This document shows positions 37,601-51,799 of a stretch of 64,000 bases of DNA, in pieces; the first letter of the stretch is position 1; each line of letters starts with the position of its first letter. The stretch lies in NCBI GenBank assembly GCA_043228905.1, contig JBHGNT010000011.1:20026001-20090000 (forward strand), given 5' to 3'. The stretch is from Azolla caroliniana (lineage: Eukaryota > Plantae > Polypodiophyta). The translations under genes and the position numbers were made by a program. The notes under the pieces were generated by a model. The model was not told where the DNA came from and made no database searches. It saw only the letters and a program-made list of their open reading frames with translations.

Positions 37601-40299
37601 CGGAAAGTTTACACCAAGCTTTTAGGATAAATCATATGACTGAAAACTGAAAACATTTGAGAAAAGCCCGTCAAATGGTTGAAGGTTAGTCTAAACGAAA
37701 GAAAGTAATAGAAGAGAAGATTCCTTCCAAGTAAGCTGTGGGGGATGTGCAGCAATAGGTATTGAATTTAAGAATTGGTTTGAAGTGTGAAAATGTCTTT
37801 ATGAACCTAGAAAATGGCTCATTTTGTTGCTTAAATATGATTCAAAATAGAATATTTGTCTCTATTATTGGTGTTGGAAAGTATAATCCCATTTATTCAC
37901 TTCCAAATGCTATAACGTTAATGCTTTCTCTGATGTGAATCATAAGGTTTCGCTAATTGCAACACCTTTGGGTCAGGGATTATATGACGCAAATTTATGA
38001 GAGCGGTTTTGTTCAAAAACTCTAGAAAAGCGTTTTTCTTTATTGTTCAGCGTTCTTGAAAGGAGCATTTGGCATTTGTGTGGATACCAAAATATCCAAT
38101 GAGTTGTTACCATTTCAGATTAAATGTTTTATTTGAACAAGAGCTGCTTTTTGAGCAGGAAAGGAAAGCCTATCACTTTTTCACATAAACTCCCAAAGAG
38201 TTGTGATACTCAGATTGGGTTGTCAAATTATTTCAAATGAATGGTTATATCATGAGATGTTGACGATGACAACATATGGATCACATTTTCTTAATGAAAT
38301 TCTTTAGAGCATCTTTATTTCTCTAATGATGTTAATATTTTATTTTCAGTAAATTGAACATTTTAGCCGACACATTTGCTTTCATTTATTCTTGAATCAG
38401 TATCTCATGTTTGGTCTGTGCAGGCATTAGCGGGTGGTCCATTCATTCAAGCTCGCAATTTTGCAGTGATGAGTGGTGCAAATTCTGGAATAGCCTGTGC
38501 AATGAAAAGAGCACGAGGAGGGGTTGATGATTTGCAAACTAGGTATGGAGAACAATTTTGATATCTGTATAATGCTGGTTAGTTATATTGGTGTTAGCTT
38601 CCTTAACACTTGTCTGGATATTGCAATGCAGTGTAGTATCTGCATTTGGATCAGGTGCACTATTCTCCCTGGTTAGTGGCGTGGGGGGCCTAGAAAAGAT
38701 TCCGAATGCAATAGTGACAGGGTCTTTTTTCGCTCTTATACAGGGTGGCATGTACAAGGTTTGACATTTTTGTTTTTACCATTCCATGGGAGTGTCCACA
38801 AAAGGAAAACATTTAAGATCTTTTGGTAAATAAACAAAAAGTGCTTCTAAAAAGGAAATATACAACAGATTAAACCGAAAAGGACATTATATTGTTGTAA
38901 AATCTGCCATTAAGGGGGTTTCAAGATTTGATGTCTGCCCACACATTGCATTAATTAGTACAGAATCTAGATTCGTTCTAACGGACACCCTGTTCATCAA
39001 GATAGGAGGCAGTATGATTATCTATGATAATTGCAGGCATAGCCAGTCATATCTGAGAAGTGTTGTGCAATGAGCAAGATATTGTGACTTATGTTATTGA
39101 GTTTATTCGCGACAGATATGATATTCCTCCCCAAACCAAGTGGTTTCTCTAGTATGTTATGACGTTGTGAGAACAACACAGGCAATGCACAGGCTTGCAG
39201 AGGAATTTTACTGGGTGAAATGAGAAGTTGAAGCCTCATGTCAGTCTGAACACCCATAGCAAGAGCTATTGCCAGGTGTATAACATGCAAGTCTGTTGTA
39301 CGTATGTGCATTATTAGTATAGGTGCTGATAAGTGATGGGGTTTAGGGGGATTAATGAAAGGTCAGAATCTAAGGTCTACAACATGGGATAGCCTCAGCA
39401 ATGCTGCAGGTGAACTATCTTCTAGCTAGTTGATGGTTGATGGGAGTAACCTTCGTGAAGCCACTCATTTATGTTCGAAGATGTGGGCGGTAAGAGTAGA
39501 TTCAGTTTTTTTTGTTTTTGATGGCTTTGCTGCAATCATGATTTTCAGCATGTTAAATATTTAAAATATAGAACCACCCTGGTTGATTCACGTTGAAGTG
39601 CACGTGTCTTCTTCTATGTAAGCAAAGTCACATCCATAGACTTCGTTCTCAGACATACTAGCCTTCAGAAGAAATAAAGTCATGTGGACTACACAATAAA
39701 ACCACCAAGGTCATTTCTAATTAGTTATGAGCTCTCACTTGTAACTCTTAACACCTTTTGGACATGATCAAGCATGTTCAGAGTGTTGATGCACCGTTTT
39801 ATGCAGTAGACAACTGATAACACAGTATCTTTATTTTTCCTGAACTTGAAACTTTTTATTGTATGCAGCTTGGAAAGCGGATCCAACCCAATTCAACTGA
39901 CTTGTCTTATGTGAATGTGAAAAGCATGCTGCATAATCTTGGTTTAGAGCGCTACGAAAAGAATTTCAAAAAGGGTCTACTCAATGACAGCACTTTACCA
40001 CTTTTGAATGACAGGTCTGTGTACTGCGTGAGAATGAGATTCTTTCTGTAAATTTATGGTGTTAGAACATTTGCTAAATAATTATAATTTTGAGGCAGTG
40101 CACTTCAAGATGTCAAGATTCCTCCTGGGCCAAGGCTTCTTATTTTGGATCATGTATGGAGGTATTTCTTCAAATTTTTGCACTTCTTTCATTCAAAAAC
40201 TCTCAATTAATTCCTGCTGTCTATTTTACGAGAACACTAATTTGCAAACCCTAAATCCTTGACAGGAATCCAGAGTTTTCTGATGGTCGAAGTCCATGA
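34645..40299 (+). CDS. PRAT (Tim17/22/23) family protein with C-terminal SAM domain, HP30/TRIC-like (about 257 aa, 6 exons)
   Basis: Exons 34645-34929, 38424-38542, 38632-38758, 39869-40014, 40099-40161, 40266-40299, GT-AG, total 774 nt. QARNFAVMSGANSGIACAMKR PRAT region; LGLERYEKNFKKGLL...LQDVKIPPGPRLLILDH SAM domain. Confidence 0.92.
35075..35730. repeat. Degenerate ~42-bp minisatellite in intron 1
   Basis: A consensus like TATTTAAGCCAAGATTAAGCTTTCACCCAACTTTTGAGGTGG recurs roughly 14-15 times. Confidence 0.75.
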
Positions 40300-41262
40300 T
40301 CTCTAATTTGACACTTTTTCTTTATCAAAGTAAGCCTTGTTTACAAATTTATAATAGGAAAAGGCATTATCTGGGCTATTTCCTGAACAGTTATAACAGC
40401 TTAACAGCCCCAATTGTGGTGTTCCAGACCCAAATTAGAATTTCCTGTTGAATGCTTGGAACAAAGTGAAACTGTGAGTTTGAGTTGGATCTGGTGAATC
40501 TTCAGTATTTGTGGTTACTCTCCCGCAAGTTTGTGTTAGAACACATTTTTAATAAAATGAAACCTAAAGGAGAGTTTCAACTTGGTTCGTTTTGCTAGAA
40601 GTTCAAGATTTTGCCCAATTTCTCTGTTATGCACCTCAATATTAGTATTTGGCATAAGTGAAAGGCACGGCTCACAGTAACACATTGGAGCTGCTATGTA
40701 TGAAGGCATTTCTCTTGGAGGTATCTCAATGAGTCTAATAAGTAGGACCAAATCGTAATCTTATCCATTAAAATGTAGGACGAATTTTTTATTTTGTGGG
40801 GTAGGAAAAGGTCTGTAGAAGTACAGGAAAAAATTTCTGTGCGCAATGTTTTGAGAAACAATCTCTATACCATGACAAGAGTCTGATCTTTCCCTGTGCA
40901 GTGTTATGAGAAACTTCATAATAAGTGTGCCTCAACCCTATTTTTTAGTGTCATGAGAGGAACATGCGTGTCAAAATTTCATCTCGTAGACTGCAAAATC
41001 TTGCAGCACCTTAAATTTCACTTTCATGAACTCTTCAATGACAATTCTTTCTAAGCATAGAAATGTGCTATACTGCCAAAATTTAACCCATACAACTTGA
41101 CCTACCACAATTTTGTTTGTAATTAATGATGGTGTATCAAAAGATTGATTTCCATGTACAAGAACTAACAGAGATTACAGTCATGCGAAAATAAATGTAG
41201 CATATAATAGTTGCATGCACAGTAAGCAAAATCTAGAATTTGTTATGTAAGGCTTTAAAACT

Positions 41263-44200
41263 TGTAAAGAATTGGATATGATTCTTGTGGAGCGGAAGAG
41301 ATGTGAGTTATGTGTGTATGTGTGAGAGAAGAGAGGAGAGGAGAGAAACACAAGATAGATAAGAGACAATATGAAGTACTCAAGAAGAAGGAGATGTATA
41401 TTAACAAGTAGAATATGAGATACAAAATAGCGTTACAAGGAGTCACAACCGACTTAATATGGAGTAGGAGGGTGCTTTATATAGAGTCACCCTCTCTCTT
41501 CATTTACTCACTACAACGTTCACTCTCTCACTAGAGCCTTGAAGAATGTGAAGTCTTTCGGTCATGGGGAATGTGGAACCATTAGTTATGTGTCATAGAA
41601 TATGAATCTATGACACATAGTTTAATGTGTAGAGAGTGGTGGTGTGACTCTTGACCTTTAAGTAATCATAGATTCTCAAATGGTGTGTTCACACGTTGCT
41701 CTATGTTGAGCTTGATTCTCAACACGCCCCCTCAAGCTCAACTCGGGTCGGCTCCTTTCGGTTGATGTCTACTTCGGCTGGTATCCGGTTCAGACTATCT
41801 CCGTTGTTCGTTTCGGCTCGTACCCGGTTCAGTCGGTATCCGATTCTTGCTTGTACTCCCCCTCAAGCTTGGCAATTCAGGGATCGTCAATCCAAGGTCT
41901 GACATGAATTGCCGAAGCTTGTCGGCTCCTAGGGCTTTCGTGAAGATGTCAGCCGTTTGAAGATTTGTGTTGATGTGTAGAAGGTCGACATCTCCGGCAT
42001 GAACATGCTCTCGAATGAAGTGATAGTGCACTTCGATATGCTTTGTGCGTGCGTGGAACACCGGGTTCCGAGCCAAATAAATACTGCTCATGTTGTCGCA
42101 GTAAAAGGGGGTTGGATCCTTGATGGGAACACCCAGATCCTTCAAAATCCTCTTAAGCCATACGGCTTCACATGCAGCTACGGATGCACCCCTGTATTCC
42201 GCCTCTGTACTTGAAAGAGCGACGATAGGCTGCTTCTTACTATTCCACGAAATCGCTCCGCTGCCAAGGGAGAAGACGAATCTGGAGGTCGATCGTCGAT
42301 CGGCTTTATAGCCAGCCCAATTCGCGTCCGTGTATCCTTTGAGTCGTATTGGTGTGGCCGATTTGTAGAGAATGTCGTAATCCATTGTTCTGCTCATATA
42401 TCGTAATACTCGCTTAGCGTAATCGAAATGGATATTTTGCGAAGTTTGCATGAATTGGCTAAGGAGTCTGACCGGATAGCTAAGGTCGGGTCGTGTGATC
42501 GTGAGATAGATGAGACTCCTGATCAGTTGTCGATATTGAGTCGGATCGCACTCGTTCGTGCCGGAGTCGGCATCTAGTTTGAGGTTTCTATCGAGAGGCG
42601 TAGCGATCGATTTGCACTTCGTCATCCCGAACTTGTATAACAAGTTGAGAATGTAGTGCCATTGAGAGATCATAATGCCGGCCGGATTCCGAATCACCTT
42701 GATGCCTAGGAAGTAGTGTAGCTCCTTCATGTCCGTCATCTCAAATTTGTTGGAGAGGAGGGACTTCACCTTGTTGATGTCGACTAAATGCTCACCTCCA
42801 ATAACGAGATCATCCACGTATAGAATGATGACAATTGGGCTTTTAGACTCGTTTTGTACATAGAGGGAGTTGTCGGATTTCGACATTCGAAAGCCGATTT
42901 GATGAAGATATTGCGTAATCTTCGAATGCCAAGCACGTGGTGCTTGCTTGAGGCCGTAGATAGGCTTCTTGAGTCGACATACAACTTTTGGATGGATGTT
43001 GGATTCAAAGCCAGGTGGTTGAACCATGTACACCTCCTCTTCTAATTCACCTTGAAGAAAGGCGTTCTTTACGTCCATTTGTTGGAGGTGCCACCATTTC
43101 GCTGCTACAAGTGCGATCACGGTCCACACAGTCATCATCTTTGCCACCAGGGCAAAGGTCTCTTCGTAGTCGACTCCATGTGTTTGTGCGTATCCTTTCG
43201 CTACGAGTCGAGCTTTATAGCGATTGACGGAGCCATCGACATTATACTTCACCTTGTAGATCCATCTGTAGCCTATCGCCTTCTTGTGCAGTGAGTGGGG
43301 AACAATATCCCATGTGTCGTTCTTGCGTAGTGCACGCATCTCCTCGTTCATTGCTTCGATCCATCGCGGGTCCTTTGGGGCTTCGGAAAAGGTTTCCGGC
43401 TCCCCTACTGTTGCAACCTTCATCATAAAGGTGTAATGGTATGCCATATACTCATCGTAGCCAAAGCGGCTTACATGGTTCTTTTCACGGGTGGATCGAC
43501 GTAGCTTCTCGTTTGCGGATTCTAAGGCTTTCATCACTCAATTTGTCTGGATGTCAAGGCCTTCGAACTCACTATCGAGGGAGTGAGTCGATTCGTTGCC
43601 ATCGAAATGAGCATCTTCATACTTCAGCATTTTGGCCTTCCCTTTGTCCAACTTCAGACTTGGTTGAGACGTGCTTTGATCGCTCAAAGGCTCTTATGGT
43701 CCGCTCAGTTGGGTCGTGATCGGACTTTCTTCGAACATGCGCGTAAGGCGATCTTCATCCTCTATCTCTTGTTCGGCGGATTTCGGGTTGAGCGGAATCG
43801 GAGTTGAAGTTGTCTCTGGTGCGTACCAGGATGCGGACTCGTCAAAAATGACGTCTCGACTTACTCGAGATTTTCGAGTTGAGGGGTTGTAGCACTTGTA
43901 CCCCTTTTGCTCCAGAGAGTATCGTACGAGGATACATTTCTCCGACTTCGGGTCAAGCTTTTGACGCTTCTCGTCAGGGATGTGCACGTACGTAATGGAG
44001 TCGAATATCCGAACATGCGATAGGTCCGGCTTCTTTCCGAAGAACTTCTCGTACGGAGTAAGTTCGTGCACACCCGATGTCGTACACCGATTCATGAGAT
44101 AGACAACCATGTTAGCTGCTTCTACCCAATACGATTTCGGCATGTGCTTTTCGTTAAGCATAGCCCGTGCCACTTCGAGGATGTGCCGATTCTTGCGTTC

Positions 44201-46717
44201 GGCCACTCCGTTTTGTTGTGGCGTATGTCGACACGAAAATTCTCGCCATATTCCTTCTTTTCGTAGAAATGCCGAAAATTCGTCGGAGATGTACTCCTTG
44301 CCTCCATACGACTGAAGACATCGTACATGTTGGCCCGTGGTTTTCTCGACTTCATTCTTAAATTTTTGGAAGTGTCCGAACACTTCGCTCTTTTGTCGCA
44401 TTGGGTAGATCCAAGTGTGCCTAGAGAAGTCGTCGATGAAGGTCACGTAGTATCGACATCCGCCAAATGTTGCCGTTTGAGCCGGACCCCATACATTGGA
44501 ATGAATTACGTCGAGTACGCCTTTGCTCACGTTCCGCTCCTTCGGAGATGGGTGCCGATGTTGCTTGCCGAATTGGCAACTGGCACACACGTCTTCAATC
44601 TCTTTCTCCGTGAATGTCGGGAGCCTGATGACGACTCCTTTCTTGAGCTTTTGGAGGTTGATATGGCCAATCTGCTTGTGCCATAACTCTATGTCAGAAT
44701 CGGCTTTCATGCCCTTTGCGAACATGGCCGATTTCATCTCGTGTGAGTCGAGAATGAACATTCGGCCCTCTCTTCGTTCGCGTGCGATGAGTCAGCCCTC
44801 TTTTTCGATGAAGCAACCACCTTGATTAAATCGTACTTGCATTCCTTGCTCTACAATTTGGCCGACAGAGACCAAATTCTTCGTGATAGTTGGTACATGC
44901 AAGAAATTTTTAATATAAGTTTGCTTACCTTCTTCTCCGAACGGAACATTGCCAATGTGCCGAATCAGGTGCTTAGTATCGTCTCCGGTTTCGACATAGC
45001 CGGGTTGGTCCGACTCTCGAAGTTCTCGGAGCCATTCTTGATGCGACTTCATATGGTTCGAGGCACCGGAATCAACGAACCATACGTCTTCCAGACCGGA
45101 GGCATTAGTAGAAGTAGAGGCCGACATAGAATTCGCTCTATATCTCATCACGAACATTTCGCCGCGATTGTCATAGTCGGAGTTGATGGCGTAGTTGGTG
45201 AGTTGTCGGCTAGTGGAAGCCGACTCGTGTATCTTCTTACGACATTCTTCTTTGTGGTGGCCGACTTTCCCGCAATATCCGCATTCGATTGAGGTTTTTC
45301 GGCTCGGACCGGAATGGTGGCTCCCCCTTCTTCCAAAGGTTCCCCGATGGCCTCCATCTTGTTGCCGTAATTGAGAGTTATTTTCATAAATCGGTCTGCC
45401 TCGTTTGCCTCTTCCTTGGCCGAATCGGCCTCTTCTTGCACGACAGCATCCTCTTCCTTCGTCCGAATGTGTGTAGAGCATTTGGCCATACGAGGCTCTA
45501 CTCCTTGTTCAAACATGGTTTTCTTTGACCAACAACATGGATTGAAGTTCGAAGAACGAGGGCAGATTCTCCCATGCTAGTACGACGGTCCACATCGCGC
45601 CGAATCTTGGTGCAAGGCCGCCGAGGCATATTTGCACCATCTCGTCATCCTCCACGTTTACGCTTATCGAGCCGAGCGAATCACAAAGCTCCTTGATCTT
45701 CAAGGTGTAGCTCGTGACGGACATATCCCTTTGTTGGGTATTATTCAACTCTTGGCGGAGTTGAAGCTTTCTCGCGGTAGTGTTGGCAGCGAGAATCTTT
45801 CGTAGATTCTCCCACCCTTCCTTCGGCGTCTTGGCTTCTCGAATGTACCCGAGCATGTGGTCGTGAACACATGTCGCCAAACAATGCATTACTCGGCTTG
45901 CCGCTTGCTCCCATGTTGCATAGTCGGCGTCTTCGGGGTTGGGCCGATTTTCTTGTGCTCCTTTGATGTAGCTCTAATAGCCTTGGCTGACAAGGTATTG
46001 GTGCATCTTGTATTGGTGCTCCCAAGATGCAAAGTTATTGCGATCCAACTTCTTGCTAGGGAGAGCGCTCCCCATTCGAGTATTCATTGTCGATGTAGAT
46101 TTCTTCCTTCTTTTCTTTTCCTTCTCTCTCGAACACGAGCTATGTAGTGGCACTACGATAACGATGAGCCAGTTCTTCTTGAACGTCGGTGTAGAGCACA
46201 ACACACGACCACGATGAGGCGAGTGGGCTAGATCAAGCTACCAAATCGCTCTGATACCATGTAAAGAATCAGATATGATTCTTGTGAAGCGGAAGAGATG
46301 TGAGTTATGTGTGTGTGAGAGAAGAGAGGAGAGGAGAGAAACACAAGATAGATAAGAGACGATATGAAGTACTCAAGAAGAAGAAAGAGATGTATATTAA
46401 CAAGTAGAATATGAGATACAAAATAGCGTTACAAGGAGTCACAACCAACTTAATATGGAGTAGGAGGAGGGTGCTTTATATAGAGTCACCCTCTCTCTTC
46501 ATTTACTCACTACAACGTTCACTCTCTCACTAGAGCCTTGAAGAATGTGAAGTCTTACGGTCATGTGGAATGTGGAACCATTAGTTATGTGTCATAGAAT
46601 CTATAACACATAGTTTAATGTGTAGAGAGTGGTGGTGTGACTCTTGACCTTTAAGTAATCATAGATTCTCAAAAGGTGTGTTCACACATTGCTCTATGTC
46701 GAGCTTGATTCTCAACA
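41263..46717 (-). mobile_element. Full-length, moderately aged Ty1/copia element (family C)
   Basis: LTRs 41263-41724 and 46260-46717 differ by about a dozen substitutions plus indels; TSD AAACT/AAACC; iMet PBS abuts the LTR at 46259; fragmented gag-pol with RT-RNase H at 41795-43537 and integrase at 43694-44761. Confidence 0.93.
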
Positions 46718-47254
46718 AAACCCTTGGGTTGTGCAAAATCCATTGGTTACATTTTCACGTGCTTTTTATCTCAATTGTGCTTGGTTGTAAACAAGCAAAG
46801 CTTTCCAGAATCAAGTAGGGAGAAACTGAGTTTCAGTTAATTTTATTGATGGGGCTTACAGTACTTGCCCACATTAGTGTATCCAATTATTATTACCAAT
46901 AACACATTATTTATGTGTTCAATCAGGTTCCATAATTTGAACGCTGTATTTAAATGAGACTACAAATATGCCAATATACAAATGGCATCCCATGCAAAAA
47001 CAGTATAAGTAGATGGAAATTTCAAATTATTCAACCAAATCATAAATAAAAAGGCTCAGATTTGGTATGCAACAAGTAAAACATTCTATGAATATTCTAT
47101 TTAATATGTGACAAGTAAAATATTCATGAAAATGTCCAGAAAGTTCTATTCTATAAATTCGTGCTTCCAACTCTAAATCGACATCTAAAATCATTTGAAA
47201 AATTAAACGAATAAAACTGGAAAGTCATAAAGGTCTTCTGAAGAACAAAAACGA

Positions 47255-49411
47255 TCACGTTCGCATGACCTGCAACTTCTTGATGATTGCGATCTGCTTG
47301 CCAGGACTCAAACCTTTAGGACAACTTCGTGCACAATTCATAATAGTGTGGCATCGATAAAGCTTGAACTTATCATCAATTGATTGTAACCTCTCTTTTG
47401 TGTATTCATCCCTGCTATCCGCTATCCACCTGTAATCAGAAAAAGAATGCTTATGTGAAATAAGGTTATCTATGTCATTTTGAAGCTATTCCCTTGTTAT
47501 TAATAAGCACAACTGTATCTAGCACAACATGGTTTCTCAATGATCATGCACACAAAACATACAATGGGAAGGTCTAGGTGATAGCTGCTTAGTTGGTTAG
47601 AGCTTTTGGTATGCAATAGGTTAACTAGCCCTCTTTGTAAGCAAATCCAACCTTCAGTTTATGAAGAGATAATAATAGCCTAAATGATGGGCAATCAGGT
47701 GGTCAGTCATGGCCTAATAAGGCTCTGGCCGAATTCACATCATTAACATAAGGTTACTATATGCTTCTACATCATCCTTTCTAACAAAGTAAGCTATGGT
47801 GACACACATGCTTCTACATCAAACAATTCTAACTGATCCTTCTCGCAAGTGGTATATGGTGATACTTATGTAGTTATATACCAATAACTAGCTAGAGATT
47901 ATATACCAATTAACACTTGGTACATCAAACAATTCTAACTCATCCTTTCTAGTTATATACCAATAACTAGCTACATATTATATACCAATCAAGCGTTGGT
48001 ACATCGATTGATTCTAATTCATCCTTTCTAATAACTGGTATATGGTGATACTTTTGTAGCAATACCGATAACTAGCTAGAAATTATTATCAATGAACACT
48101 TGTTTTATGTCTAAACCAAAACCATCCAAAGTGTCATATATTGGTTGATTTGACCTTGAATATACAATGTACCCTAAGCATATTTCCAAACTATTCCAAA
48201 TTGATGCAATGGATTAATGGGCCTGTCTCTCAAATGGAAGGCTACATATCACGTCTGTGCCAAACCATTTTACTTTTGTAACCAAAAATAAACAATTTAC
48301 ATCATAAACAAGGCCGATTTATAATATATAAATAAGTCCTAGGCAACACTATGGCTGATTGTGCAATCATTTCCCCAAATATATAGGACCTACCTCTCCC
48401 TTAATTGCGATCAATTTAACTATTTTGTTGGGGCAGAGATCCAGAAGGCTCATCGAACTAAAGGGCAAATCTCAGATTCACTCATTAAACGTCACGATTA
48501 TTTTTAGCAATCCACTATGTAATGACACTTATCTCACTCCATCAACATAAGGTTACATACTACACTACATTAAACATATACGCTGGAATTATCATTGTCA
48601 CAGCGTATTATCATTGTCAGTGTTGAAAACCATTTTAAACACATCCTTGATAATGCCAGAAAACGTAAAAAACTCTTTATAAAGAAACACATAAATGAGC
48701 TGACCTGTGAGCATGGAGAAGTGCAGCAGGCCCAAGGTATTTCTCAGGGTTCCACCAATAGCTAGGGCAAGAAGCACTACAACAAGCACACACGATACAC
48801 TCGTACAGACCATCTAGCTTTGCTCGATCTTGCTTCGTTTGCAAGTACTCCTTCCCAATGACTGGTGGAGGTTTCTTCGTCTTAAGCCAAGGCTCAACAC
48901 TCTTAAATTGATTATAGAAGTTAGACATATCCACCACAAGGTCTTTCACCACATACATGTGTGGAAGGGGAGAGACAAGGGTGTCGCGGTTAGGGTTCGA
49001 ATCAATCTTCGTAAGACAAGCGAGGACATTACAACCATCTATATTCATTGCACAAGAGCCACATATGCCCTCTCGGCAGGAGCGACGGAACGTGAGGGTT
49101 CGGTCGACCTCATTCTTTATCTTGATTAGAGCGTCTAAGACCATGGGGCCACACTCCGAGGTGTCAATGGTGTAGGCTTTCATGATGGGTTTCCCACCCT
49201 CGTCAGGACGCCATCTGTAGATGGAGAATTTCTTCAGATTGGGAGGTTTCCAAGATTCAGACGAAGAAGAGGATGACGAGGATAGTGATGGGTCTACTGA
49301 TGGTGACGAAGTTGCAGTAGAGGTTTCTCTGATGAAAATGGAACGATTAGGGTTAGGGTTAAGAATGACCCTCCCTGCTATTTGAATTAGCTTTGAGCGA
49401 GAAGAAGCCAT
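47255..49411 (-). CDS. SDH2: Mitochondrial succinate dehydrogenase iron-sulfur subunit (about 293 aa, 2 exons)
   Basis: Exons 48705-49411 and 47255-47429 (882 nt). [26 protein letters not shown] and [17 protein letters not shown] Fe-S motifs; Ser/Arg-rich presequence. Confidence 0.96.
47755..48105. repeat. Degenerate tandem duplications in the SDH2 intron
   Basis: TACATCAAACAATTCTAACT..ATCCTT and ATACCAATAACTAGCTA each recur about 3 times. Confidence 0.7.
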
Positions 49412-49505
49412 GGTTATGTGTGAGTTCTCCACGGCGGCGTGCGTGTTCCTGCATTCATTCAATTCATTACGTGAAGAGGAAACGAAGAACACATCGACAC
49501 GCTCG

Positions 49506-49661
49506 CGGTTCGGTTTAGGCTTGACCATCCGAGCTCAAACCGGTTACCAAGCCTGTTAAGGCTTAAACGGCTCAATTAAACCGGTTTAAGAACCGGTTCG
49601 GTTCAAGTTTGGAAACCCCTAAGCCAGTTTAAAGCCGACACCAAACCGTTGTAGATTCCTA
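49506..49661. mobile_element. Truncated hAT MITE (TAGGAATC family) in the SDH2 proximal promoter
   Basis: Ends in ...GTTGTAGATTCCTA; AAACCGG motifs shared with 11703-11993. Confidence 0.75.
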
Positions 49662-51000
49662 GAGAAAAGCAAGCAAGAAAGATAGGTATATTAACATCCT
49701 CTAAGACCAAAATGATTGGCCCATCACAAGTCCTTCATAACAAGCTAATCTCTCATCACGCTCGCGTAAAGCACGCAATTAGGAGGGGTCCTACTAGGCC
49801 AAACACCTCTCGTGTATATTGGGCACCTACTAGACCAAACAATCGGGAGGAGTCAGTTGAGTGTCAGAAGATATTATCAAGGGCCGCTATGGATAAGGGG
49901 TTGCTCACAAATTCTTTAATATCTGCCAGCCTAAGTTGTGATAGGTCCTTAAAAAAGAAGGGAAGATGTAACTCCTCATTTTCATGAAATCCTCTACTTT
50001 GATAGCGAGGATCTCATTACGAGGTAAACCATCCAAGGTGGCTTAAAACTAATAGACACAATGGAACATCCTATAAGGATAACGCAACCATAGAGCTCCT
50101 CAATCGCAAGAATTGTCAAAACAATTTCATTTAAGTTAACATACCTATTCTTGTATTCCATTAATACCATCAAACAATAATTAATTTCTCACTCATGCTC
50201 CAATTTAATACCATAGATCCTAATAAGTAAATTGGTCCAACACTGCCTTGCAGGATGGTGAGGGTTAAGCTCTAGCGTCTTGACAAAAAACCACGTAAAG
50301 GATGAAAAAATGTTCCTAGTTATCATTGCCCAAGGTTGTGGCATAACAACTCAAATGGCTTTAGCAATTGGGCATGTAAGAATCTATACATGGTACTCTC
50401 ATCAATCACGAAACATATAAAGCATGTCTCGTCTCAAAAGAATCAACTTTTATGTTGTTTACAATTGCCTATCAAAGAAACACTTTTGTCACCCTACATT
50501 CAACTTTGGTGATGGCTACCATTACATGGAATGGAAGATGGGATACTCATACTACATCCAATACTTGAAACTTGACATTACCATCCTATAAGTTGGGTAA
50601 TGAGTCATTTTAGATATGTCTTTATAACTAACCAAGCTCTATCTTCTATCGACTTATGATAGAGAGACATCATTTGGTTGCTTTCATATTAGGTAACCAA
50701 CCTACCCATGGTTCATCTAGAACATTTGGTGTCGATTAGCGAAAATATGATAATCTCTTATAGGTATATCAAAATTGGGTCGCAACGATTGCATGGAGAG
50801 TAACCCATTTGGTCACTTCTTCTATTTGATGCCATCTATCTTGTTGGGAAGAACATGTGCATGTTTGATAGTGGTTAGTTCAAGTTCAAGTAATTCTAAT
50901 ATCTACTTGAGTACCCCAAAGTTCTCCCTTTGCCTTTTATAGTGCACCATAGGAACATTTTCATTCAACTTTAGCACTTCTTCAACATTAAATTCAATTG

Positions 51001-51300
51001 ATTAGCTAATGTGTGGTTGATGTTAATCCTGGGCTAGACCTTAGCCACACACACTAGGTATCCCTTTTCATGAATACTTTCCCCAAAGGTGTGGTTGGAG
51101 GGATGGATTGATGCACACGTATAATTATAATTTCTCCGGTTACGTTCTGGAACACATGCACAAAATCCAAAACACGTAAGATTGGCTAATGTGTGGTTGA
51201 TGTTAATCCTGGACTAGACCTTAGCTACAAACACTAGGTATCCCTTTGAGGAATACTTTCCCCAAAGGTGCGGTCAGAGAGAGATGGATAGATTGACACA
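51001..51300. repeat. Direct duplication of about 120 bp at 180-bp spacing
   Basis: GCTAATGTGTGGTTGATGTTAATCCTGG...GAATACTTTCCCCAAAGGTG at about 51005 and 51185. Confidence 0.85.
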
Positions 51301-51799
51301 CGTAAGATCAAGATATGAAAGCACAGATGGCAAGTACACAAAATGACACAGCATAGTATATTACTCGCTCTGTAATACATACAATCCGGATCCTTTACAT
51401 AGGCATCCGGTTCTGATACAAAACGGTGCATGCACCGATTGGCAAGGTACAAAAAAGTGTGGATCCAGATTGATACATCCATCTAGATCCGTTATTACTT
51501 TAATATTACTAAATAGCTATTATCCGTTCCTCCGCGTCACACCTCCAGAACATACTCTTCTTCGACCAACACATCGCACACCCATGGGACAGTGCCTTGC
51601 ATGTCGAACCCATGGATCTTGACCAGCTCTCCTCTATTCCTCCTCAAGTATGTCCAAGATGTCCTTGTCTATCAATTTCGACCGCTCTTCTTCCTTTGCC
51701 GTCTGTTGTTGTCGTTGATCCACATCCGAGGCCGTTTGTTGGTGTTGCTCCTCTACACCTTGTTGCATGGTTGCTTGTTCCGCCGACTTCTCAAGTTGT

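Noticed and set aside
39012-39058. C/D-box-like motifs in an intron
   Set aside because: Too short, imperfect C box and no recognisable rRNA guide.
49345-49362. Telomere-like TTAGGGTTAGGG
   Set aside because: Only two units, encoding NPNPN in the SDH2 presequence.
49412-49528. N-terminal extension of SDH2 in the ORF track
   Set aside because: The upstream ATG is in MITE sequence; the ATG at 49411 gives a typical presequence.
50000-51000. Possible highly decayed gypsy gag/protease sequence
   Set aside because: No motif I can identify with confidence.
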